From a bacterium (GTDB lineage Bacteria; SAR324; JACQKK01): 64,000 nucleotides of DNA. Within the stretch, counting starts at the first letter, position 1; every line of letters starts with the position of its first letter. Positions 39,551-47,323 of this stretch are shown piece after piece. The stretch covers positions 832,001 to 896,000 of the forward strand of contig OZ251219.1 of assembly GCA_965240465.1 (NCBI GenBank), given 5' to 3'. Position numbers and translations under genes: made by a program. Below the pieces are notes generated by a model. The model did not search any database, was not told where the DNA came from, and saw only the letters and a program-made list of their open reading frames with translations.

Positions 39551-41278
39551 CTAAGGCGTAGTGGGAGGGGGACACTGAACGAAGTCTTCTTCGGGTAATT
39601 GCCCACAGAGTAATTTGCCCTTAGCTTTTAGAGTGGGGTAGAAGCCAGCGGTGAACTGCCAGTTCTTGGCACTCCAGCCTGTAGTGCGGGTATTTAAGGC
39701 TTTTAGTTGGCGGCTGGGTTTGCCTTTAGCCTGGGCGTTTTTAAGGGTTAACACGGTCTCACCATTTTTCAATGGACTAGTACTATTATAATAGTTGCTG
39801 GTAATTGTAATTCTCCCAGTACCTTTTTTGCCAAGCAAGCGACCCACATGATCCATACCAGCACCCCCATCAACAATACCTAAGGAATAACTGTTAGCGA
39901 TAGTCCCAGAATCAATAAATCCCACCAAGCCACCCACATCGTCATCACCATCACGGACACCGGCACCATCGCCAGTGGCATCGCCAGTGGCATAGCTGTT
40001 CTGGATCGTGCCACTATTCACACCTACCAAGCCACCCACATAGTCATCACTTTCACCGCCAAGAACAAATCCAGTGGCATAGCTGTTCTGGATCGTGCCA
40101 TCATTTAAACCTACCAAGCCACCCACAAAGTCCCTACCATCACCGAAAGAAATAACAGAGCCAGTGGCATAGCTATTACTGATGGTGCCTTTATTTTCAC
40201 CTACCAAGCCACCCACAGAGTCATGGATACCAGCACCACCATTGGCATAGCCAGTGGCAGAGCTATTACTGATGGTGGCATCACTACTATTACGACCTAC
40301 CAAGCCACCCACATATCTACCGCCAGTGGCAGAGCCAGTGGCATAACTATCTTGGATGGTGCCTTTGTAATTAGCACCCACCAAGCCACCCACATTGTCA
40401 TCACCATCACCGCCAGTGGCATCGCCAGTGGCATAACTATTACCGATGGTGCCATAATTCCCACCTACCAAGCCACCCACAGAGGAACTGCCAGTGGCAT
40501 CGCCAGTGGCATAGCTATTACTGATGGTGCCAAAATTTAAACCTACCAAGCCACCCACACTATCATAACCACCATCACCACCAGCAACAAAAAAGCCAGT
40601 GAAATAACTATCACCGCCATCGGCATAGCTATCTTGGATGGTACCGCCATTACTACCTACCAAGCCACCTACTAAGTCATAGTAACCTCCGCTGGCAGAA
40701 ACTGAGAACCCAGTAACAGAAACACCCGATATTGTTCCATTATTTATGCCTGCCAGAACCCCTACATGGTTACGTTCGTCACTAGTACCATTAGTGTATC
40801 TAGTAGCAACTGAACCTGTTGCAAAGGACAAATTTTGGACTTTACTACCAGAAGCTAAGGATGTAAAGAAGCCAGTGTACTTGGTAACATTGTCAATGGT
40901 TAAGTTGCGGATGGTTTTGCCATTGCCTTCTAAGGTAGAGGTAAAATCCCCAGCAATTGGGACCCAGTTTCTAATGGAAGCTAGGCTAATATCATCCGCT
41001 AGTTCGTAGCCCTTGCAACCTCTCTTGATAGGACAACCCTTATTGGATGGATTACCTGTCCTGTCATTATAGTGGCTACCGTCCAAATCATAGCGGATGT
41101 TATTGAGCTCGGCAGCATTGTGAAGCTCTATTAGACCGTCATTGTCGTCATCTACATCAACGGAGTTAGGAATGCCATCACTGTCTTTATCAACATTGAT
41201 AATGCTACTGATAATACTACAGCTGCCTAAAAAAAGAGTAAGAACAAAGCTGGCTAAGAGTAGCGATAATCTCTTCAC
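39551..41278 (-). CDS. GLUG-repeat lipoprotein 1
   Basis: Likely GTG start at 41278 (GGAGG RBS; VKRLSLL...FLGSC lipobox); DKDSDG; VGGLVG repeats; ends LLCGQLPEEDFVQCPPPTTP. Confidence 0.85.
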   Translation of the reverse strand: MKRLSLLLASFVLTLFLGSCSIISSIINVDKDSDGIPNSVDVDDDNDGLIELHNAAELNNIRYDLDGSHYNDRTGNPSNKGCPIKRGCKGYELADDISLASIRNWVPIAGDFTSTLEGNGKTIRNLTIDNVTKYTGFFTSLASGSKVQNLSFATGSVATRYTNGTSDERNHVGVLAGINNGTISGVSVTGFSVSASGGYYDLVGGLVGSNGGTIQDSYADGGDSYFTGFFVAGGDGGYDSVGGLVGLNFGTISNSYATGDATGSSSVGGLVGGNYGTIGNSYATGDATGGDGDDNVGGLVGANYKGTIQDSYATGSATGGRYVGGLVGRNSSDATISNSSATGYANGGAGIHDSVGGLVGENKGTISNSYATGSVISFGDGRDFVGGLVGLNDGTIQNSYATGFVLGGESDDYVGGLVGVNSGTIQNSYATGDATGDGAGVRDGDDDVGGLVGFIDSGTIANSYSLGIVDGGAGMDHVGRLLGKKGTGRITITSNYYNSTSPLKNGETVLTLKNAQAKGKPSRQLKALNTRTTGWSAKNWQFTAGFYPTLKAKGKLLCGQLPEEDFVQCPPPTTP

Positions 41279-41343
41279 GCGAAATACCTCCATTAGCTTT
41301 CCAAAAGGGCTTTCCCAGAACACAGGAACAAGCAACATCGCCC

Positions 41344-41372
41344 ACGCTAACCCTAGTAGGTGGCGTTGTCAA
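41344..41372 (-). promoter_or_regulatory. Putative sigma70 promoter for lipoprotein 1
   Basis: TTGACA-17-TAGCGT. Confidence 0.55.
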
Positions 41373-41419
41373 ATTTCTCGGGCAAAAAGCCTGAGGAAAG
41401 TAAGAGAAAATGGAGGGGA

Positions 41420-42997
41420 CTACGGACACTGAACGAAGTCAGCTGCACGCTGCCCGCAGAGCAGAGTGCCTGGGATTTGGATAGGATTGCCATCGGCGTC
41501 AGTACCTTCTGTCTGGTAGGATTTCAGGCTGGGGTATTTGCCGTTAGTGAAATCCCAATTTTTAGTGTCCCAGCCCGTGCCAAAGTCAGTTTTGGTGTTA
41601 TTGGCGGTCAAGGCTTTTAAGCTACTGCTGTTTTTGCCTAGTGCTTCTCTAGCTGTAAGGGGTGTGATGGTTTCGCCATTTAAGGCACTAGCACTATTAT
41701 AATAGTTGCTGGTAAATATAATACTTGAAAAACCATGTTGGGTGCCAAGCAAGCGACCAACTTCATCGCTACCACTCCCCCCATTCACATTGCCTAAGGC
41801 ATAACTGTTATCGAGGCTCATATAACCATGTTGAGAATTTGAAATCTCTCCCACTAAGCCACCCACAGAGTCATTACCAGCACCGCCTTTGGCATCACCA
41901 GTGGCATAGCTATTACCGATGATGCCCTCATAACTATAACCCACTAAGCCACCCACAGAGTCATTACCAGCACCGCCTTTGGCATAGCCAGTGGCATAGC
42001 TATTACCGATGGTGCCAATAAAATGATTACCTACTAAGCCACCCACAGAGTCATTACCAGCACCGCCTTTGGCATAGCCAGTGGCATAGCTATTACCGAT
42101 GGTGCCATAATTATTAAAACCTACCAAGCCACCCGCAGCGTCTGCACCAGCATCGCCATTGGCATTGCCAGTGGCATAACTATTACCGATGGTGCCAACA
42201 TTATAACCTACCAAGCCACCCACCCTATCATAATGACCAGCACCGCCTTTGGCATTGCCAGTGGCATAACTATCTTGGATGATACCACCATCATAAAAAT
42301 GCGACCCATTATAACCTACCAAGCCACCTACTGAGTCATTTTCACCTGTGCTAGCAAAAACCGATAAATCCGAAGAAACACCCGATATTGTTCCAATATT
42401 TCTACCTGCCAGAACCCCTACACAGTTGGGATAATCTGTACTACCACTATTGTTGCTACTGGCAACTGAACCTGTTGCAAAGGACAAGTTTCTGACTGTG
42501 CTACTCGTACCCAAAACCGCAAAGAATCCCGTGTATAGGGTGGAATCGGTGGCAATTTTTAGGTTACTGATGGTGTAATCATTACCTTCAAAGGTAGCCG
42601 TGAAAGGATTGCCTAATTGTCCAATGGGAACAAAGTTGGTAATGGAAGAGAGATTAATGTTGTCGGCTAGTTCGTAGCCATTACAACCAGAGCTAGGACA
42701 GCCCGTACTAGATGGAGCATTCGTGCCATCATTATAACTAGTGCCTGCCAAATTATGTCGGATGTTGTTTAGCTCGGTAGCATTGTGAATCTCTATTAGA
42801 CCATTGCCGTCTTTGTCGGCAGCAGATCTACCACCCTCCCCGATGTTGTTTAGCTCGGTAGCATTGTGAATCTCTATTAGACCATTGCCGTCTTTGTCGG
42901 CAGCAGATCTACCACCCCCGATGCTGCTAACCCCGCCACAGCTGGCTAAAAGCAAAGCAATAACAAAACTGATTGATAGTAGCGATAATTTTTTCAT
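41420..42997 (-). CDS. GLUG-repeat lipoprotein 2
   Basis: MKKLSLL...LLASC; duplicated 26-aa N-terminal unit; GLUG repeats; ends LLCGQRAADFVQCP. Confidence 0.88.
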   Translation of the reverse strand: MKKLSLLSISFVIALLLASCGGVSSIGGGRSAADKDGNGLIEIHNATELNNIGEGGRSAADKDGNGLIEIHNATELNNIRHNLAGTSYNDGTNAPSSTGCPSSGCNGYELADNINLSSITNFVPIGQLGNPFTATFEGNDYTISNLKIATDSTLYTGFFAVLGTSSTVRNLSFATGSVASSNNSGSTDYPNCVGVLAGRNIGTISGVSSDLSVFASTGENDSVGGLVGYNGSHFYDGGIIQDSYATGNAKGGAGHYDRVGGLVGYNVGTIGNSYATGNANGDAGADAAGGLVGFNNYGTIGNSYATGYAKGGAGNDSVGGLVGNHFIGTIGNSYATGYAKGGAGNDSVGGLVGYSYEGIIGNSYATGDAKGGAGNDSVGGLVGEISNSQHGYMSLDNSYALGNVNGGSGSDEVGRLLGTQHGFSSIIFTSNYYNSASALNGETITPLTAREALGKNSSSLKALTANNTKTDFGTGWDTKNWDFTNGKYPSLKSYQTEGTDADGNPIQIPGTLLCGQRAADFVQCP

Positions 42998-43063
42998 CGG
43001 TAATCCTCCAATATAGATATGAAAGACTAGGGCATTCCTCAGCTTTGAGAAATCGCCAATCTT

Positions 43064-43092
43064 ACCATAGCAAGCATAGGTGGCGTTGTCAA
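43064..43092 (-). promoter_or_regulatory. Putative sigma70 promoter for lipoprotein 2
   Basis: TTGACA-17-TATGGT with an upstream A-tract. Confidence 0.6.
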
Positions 43093-43138
43093 GTTATTTT
43101 TTTTCATGCCATCTGACATGCCTTTAAGAGCAGGGTGA

Positions 43139-43162
43139 TAAAGGGAGTGAGTACTCACTCCC
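43139..43162 (-). terminator. Terminator-like palindrome after lipoprotein 3
   Basis: Perfect palindrome gggagtgagtactcactccc (43143-43162), weak U-tail. Confidence 0.55.
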
Positions 43163-43206
43163 AGAAAAATGCTCGGCTACCTTTTTTAAGCAGTCGGGGG
43201 GCTAGC

Positions 43207-44646
43207 CTAAGGCGTACACTGAACGAAGTCTGCTTTGGGTAATTGCCCACAGAGTATTTTTCCAGTAACTTGTTCACCACTGGAATTCTCTTTGTAAGAC
43301 TTCAGGCTGGGGTATTTGCCGTTAGTGAAATCCCAATTAAATTCACTCCAGCCATTACCAGTGAATTCAGTTTCGGTGTTACTGACATTCAAGCTTTTTA
43401 AGCCACCGCTGGTTTTGCCAACCGCCTCGGCGGCTGGAAGGGTTAGTGTGGTTTCGCCATCTAAGTTACTCCCGCTATTATAATAGTTGCTGGTGGCGTT
43501 ACCACTGCTTTTTACGCCAATCAAGCGGCCTATCTTATCGTCTCCAGTCCCTCCATCAACAGCTCCTAAGGAATAACTATTATTGATAGATACACCATCA
43601 AAATATCCCACCAAGCCGCCTATTTTGTCATCACCAGCACCGCCATCAGCAGTACCTGAATAATAACTGTTTCGGATGGTACCAAGAGAACGTCCCACCA
43701 AGCCGCCAACCTCGTCATTACCCCCTTGGCCGTTAACCTCACCAGTGCTGTAGCTGTTCTGGATAACGCCCTGAAGATATCCCGCCAAGCCACCAATAAA
43801 GTTCGGACCGTTATTGCCGTTAACATTACCAGTGCTATAGCTGTTTTGGATAACACCACTATTATTAATACTAACGTCTTGGTAACCACTGCCTATTAAG
43901 CCACCTACCATTGTGTTATCATTACCAGTAGCAGATACCGGCAAGTTTGAAGAAACATTGTCTATAAATCCACTATTCCGGCCTGCTAGAGAACCTACAT
44001 GGTCAACTCCTCCATAACTGGCAACCGAACTAGAGGTACTAGATAGGTTAAGATTTCTTACCGTGCCATTTTTACCTATATAACTAAATAAGCCTACAGA
44101 AAGTTGATTACTATTGATATTCAAGTTAAGTATGCTAAAGCCATTGCCTTCAAAAACAGTCTGAAATCTGACGAATCTACTCTGAGCAACATTGCCAATG
44201 GGTTCCCAATCTGATTGTGAAGCCATATCAATGTCATTGAGTAGCTCATGACCGATGCAACCTCGAGCAGGACAACCCACATCAGAGGCTACATTATTAA
44301 TATAATCTTTGATATCACTGCCGTCGTACAGGTAGTAACGAACCTCGTTTAGTTCCTTGTAAGTGGTAATATCTCTAAGACCGTTGTTGTTATCATCAAC
44401 ATCTTCCGTATCATTTTTGCCATCGTTGTCATCATCGGTGTCTTCGCCAGCATCCTCGCAACCGTCGCCATCAAAGTCAGTGATGGGGGTGCTAGTGAAA
44501 GACTCAGGGCTATCTGGGCATACTGTATCTTGGTCGTTAGGTATGCCGTCACCATCTTTGTCGGTACTTTCATCCTCTTTATCGCCACAGCTGGCTAAAA
44601 GTAAAACAATAACAAAACTGATTGATAGTAACGATAATTTTTTCAT
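43207..44646 (-). CDS. GLUG-repeat lipoprotein 3
   Basis: ATG 44646 with GAGG RBS; LLASC; TSP3-like DxDxDGC repeat; ends ILCGQLPKADFVQCTP. Confidence 0.88.
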   Translation of the reverse strand: MKKLSLLSISFVIVLLLASCGDKEDESTDKDGDGIPNDQDTVCPDSPESFTSTPITDFDGDGCEDAGEDTDDDNDGKNDTEDVDDNNNGLRDITTYKELNEVRYYLYDGSDIKDYINNVASDVGCPARGCIGHELLNDIDMASQSDWEPIGNVAQSRFVRFQTVFEGNGFSILNLNINSNQLSVGLFSYIGKNGTVRNLNLSSTSSSVASYGGVDHVGSLAGRNSGFIDNVSSNLPVSATGNDNTMVGGLIGSGYQDVSINNSGVIQNSYSTGNVNGNNGPNFIGGLAGYLQGVIQNSYSTGEVNGQGGNDEVGGLVGRSLGTIRNSYYSGTADGGAGDDKIGGLVGYFDGVSINNSYSLGAVDGGTGDDKIGRLIGVKSSGNATSNYYNSGSNLDGETTLTLPAAEAVGKTSGGLKSLNVSNTETEFTGNGWSEFNWDFTNGKYPSLKSYKENSSGEQVTGKILCGQLPKADFVQCTP

Positions 44647-44725
44647 AATAGACACCTCTACGAGATTTCTAAAAAATCCCAGGATCTAAAAAATCCCAGA
44701 ACACAATAATAAGCAAGATAACTCC

Positions 44726-44755
44726 ATGCTAACTCATAGAGGGGGACTTCGTCAA
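44726..44755 (-). promoter_or_regulatory. Putative sigma70 promoter for lipoprotein 3
   Basis: TTGACG-18-TAGCAT. Confidence 0.5.
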
Positions 44756-44879
44756 GCTCAGGTAGTTGGGGGGGGGCAGGGTGATGGGGTGATGCAGGGT
44801 GATGGAGAAATCAAGGTGAGGGGGGAGAGGGTTTTTTTTGGGGGGGGGGTGGGTTTTTGGGGGGGGGTAGAATGAAAGA

Positions 44880-45533
44880 GGCTTGGTGAGGAATGTCATC
44901 GCTTGCTCCATTATTCTCAAAAATCCTCACCCTGAGATGATGGCACGGTCCTCCCGCGAAGTCTTACGGTTTGCAATGACGACCTCAGCTTCGCTAGTGG
45001 CTACCGAAAGGATGCCACTAAGTGAACCGAGACTTACGTTCGCTTTCGCTCTGGCAATGCAAACTAGCAATGCAAACTGGCAATTAATTAAAATTGCTCA
45101 GTCCCAGCTCGGTACTAGGCGTGAAATTATACCTTGGAAAAAGTACTAAAAGTACTCACCAAAACAGAAACGGCGTTCCACGACCTTCGGAGCTATTAAA
45201 CTCCCGCCAGTGTTTCTGCGACTGCTTGATCCGCGTTTTAATCCCTTAATGGCAGGAATCTAGGACTTGCCTAGGTTCTACTCATTTGCGGAGGGGAGAA
45301 GAGATTTCGGTGCAATCTACCTCCTCATCTTCCTCGTCATTTGCGTGTGCCAAAACATATGCCAAAAAGCAAACAAAGGACACACATGATCCACCCTTCG
45401 GTATGAACGGAACCTCAGGCGGTCACTACCCACCAATCCCCTTTCATTCGTTATCTAAAACCCTTAGCGAACCTATCCTTACCAGCCTAGGTTTGGCATA
45501 ACTGCAGTTTGGATCACTAAAAATGTTTTGATA
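44880..45533 (-). ncRNA. Candidate large structured non-coding RNA (~650 nt), class unknown
   Basis: Own promoter immediately upstream, no credible ORF, about a dozen hand-found stems; boundaries approximate. Confidence 0.6.
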
Positions 45534-45538
45534 ATGTG

Positions 45539-45567
45539 AGTGTAGGGTATCGCGATCGGTTTGTCAA
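45539..45567 (-). promoter_or_regulatory. Near-consensus sigma70 promoter firing into the 44880-45533 non-coding region
   Basis: TTGACA (45567-45562), 17 nt, TACACT (45544-45539). Confidence 0.7.
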
Positions 45568-45597
45568 GTGCTGAAAAGAGATTAGTTGTCCCCCCAG

Positions 45598-45630
45598 AAA
45601 GAAAAAGGGAGTGAGTATTAACTCACTCCC
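45598..45630 (-). terminator. Rho-independent terminator for lipoprotein 4
   Basis: Minus strand GGGAGTGAGT-TAAT-ACTCACTCCC followed by TTTTTCTTT. Confidence 0.8.
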
Positions 45631-45676
45631 AAAATGGTCTGCTCTATTTTTCAAGCAGTCGGGGGGGGGGTCTAGC

Positions 45677-46948
45677 CTAGTTTGTAGTACACTGAACGAA
45701 GTCGGTGGGTTGGTTACAGAGTAGATCACCTGCGATTTGGGCATTGCTAGCATTCACCTTGAAGGATTTCAGGCTGAGGTATTTGTCAGCGGTGAAATCC
45801 CAGTTTAATGCCTTAAAGCCTGTACCATTAACAAACTCAGTTGCAGTTGCAACTGTTACAGATGCATCTGCAAGTTCATCGCCACCTGCCGCCACTGCTT
45901 TTAGTTCAGTGCCGCTCTTTCCAATGGCCCCGTTTACCCCTGTAAAGGCCAATGAAACATCGGTGCCAGTGGAATCGGCAACCAGTTTGTCGGTAGTGCT
46001 GTCAAAGTAGTTACCAGTAACTGTAACATCCGAAGCTGCTACTTTGCCAATAAAGAGGCTAACTAAATCATCTCCAGCACCACCATCAACGGTACCCAAG
46101 AAGGAGAAGCTGTTCGTGACTGTTCCACTAACAAGTTCTCCAAGCAAGCCGCCTATCTGGTCAACTCCAGCACCGCCAACAACATTGCCAGTGGCAAAAG
46201 TATTTTGGATGGTACCAGAGGTATTTTTACCTACCAAGCCGCCTACAGAGTTAGCCGCAGCACCGCCAGTAACACTGACACTGGCAAAGCTATTTTGGAT
46301 GGTACCACCATTACCATTATAGCCCACCAAGCCACCTAAGGAAGAAGCATTGCCAGTTACAGAACCGACAGCGGTAGTAGCAGTAGCAGAGCTATTTTCT
46401 ACGGTACCGGTATTATTACCTACCAAAACACCTACGGTGCTATTAGCAGCAGTACTAGTACTGGAAACCGTGGCCCCAACAATACTTAGATTTTTTATCG
46501 TTCCAGATGAGTCGGCGAAGAAACCGGTGTTTACGGAGTCACCACCAATTACCAGGCCAGTGATTTCCTTGTTACCGCCATCAAAGATACCTGTGAAACC
46601 TACAATGGAGGCAAAGTTGCTGGTATCACCTGTGAAGGCAATGTCATTGTCTAGTTCATAGCCTTTGCAAGTTGCTTTTTTGGCAGTTCCTGTACCAATT
46701 TCAGGGCAACCAGAAGCATCGCCTTCACCTGTTGCACTTGTTTTATAGCTAGTACCATCCAAGTTGTTCTTGATGTTTTTCAGCTGGGCAATAGTGCTAA
46801 TATCTATTAGACCATTGCCATCATCATCAGCATCAACTTTTTTGGTTGTTGCCTTAGTGGTAGATTTCTTGTCGTCACCACTGCCACAGCCTGCTAACAC
46901 AAGAGCAAAAGCGACCAAGAATAGTGATAATAGTGATAATTTTTTCAT
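45677..46948 (-). CDS. GLUG-repeat lipoprotein 4 (shortest member)
   Basis: MKKLSLL...LAGC; GLIDI, CKGYEL, GLUG repeats; ends LLCNQPTDFVQCTTN. Confidence 0.88.
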   Translation of the reverse strand: MKKLSLLSLFLVAFALVLAGCGSGDDKKSTTKATTKKVDADDDGNGLIDISTIAQLKNIKNNLDGTSYKTSATGEGDASGCPEIGTGTAKKATCKGYELDNDIAFTGDTSNFASIVGFTGIFDGGNKEITGLVIGGDSVNTGFFADSSGTIKNLSIVGATVSSTSTAANSTVGVLVGNNTGTVENSSATATTAVGSVTGNASSLGGLVGYNGNGGTIQNSFASVSVTGGAAANSVGGLVGKNTSGTIQNTFATGNVVGGAGVDQIGGLLGELVSGTVTNSFSFLGTVDGGAGDDLVSLFIGKVAASDVTVTGNYFDSTTDKLVADSTGTDVSLAFTGVNGAIGKSGTELKAVAAGGDELADASVTVATATEFVNGTGFKALNWDFTADKYLSLKSFKVNASNAQIAGDLLCNQPTDFVQCTTN

Positions 46949-46971
46949 TTTAAGCCCTTTTCAACTTAATG

Positions 46972-47323
46972 TTATAAATTACTTGCTACAAAAACGTAGC
47001 CTCAGGGTGATAAGACACCTAAGCTTCGGTTGTATAGGACAATTTGAGCTAGTGTCAAGTCTTTTTATTCAGATATTTGCTTTAATCTAAGATTATAAAA
47101 TTACTTGCCACAAAAACGTAGCCTTAGGTGATAAGACACCTCAGCTTCGGTTGTATAGGACAATTTGAGCTAGTGTCAAGTCTTTTTATTCAGATATTTG
47201 CTTTAATCTAAGATTATAAAATTACTTGCCACAAAAACGTAGCCTCAGGGTGATAAGACACCTCAGCTTCGGTTGTATAGGACAATTTGAGCTAGTGTCA
47301 AGTTTTTTTATTCAGATATTTGC
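46972..47323 (-). repeat. Three tandem ~121-bp copies of the lipoprotein 4 promoter and leader
   Basis: -35 TTGACA at 47053-58, 47174-79 and 47296-301, each 18 nt from TACAAC. Confidence 0.92.

Noticed and set aside
44880-45533. RNase P RNA, tmRNA or self-splicing intron identity
   Set aside because: No GAGGAAAGUCC-type RNase P motif, no T-loop or tRNA-like ends, no obvious group II domain V and no interrupted host gene; checked by eye only
44729-45753. Small ORFs 44729-44920, 44883-45149, 45286-45501 and 45517-45753
   Set aside because: No recognisable domains; two are antisense to the promoter, one crosses a terminator and one is homopolymer-derived; a structured RNA explains the region better
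46972-47323. Possible CRISPR or attC array
   Set aside because: Whole units are near-identical with no variable spacers; explained as a promoter triplication
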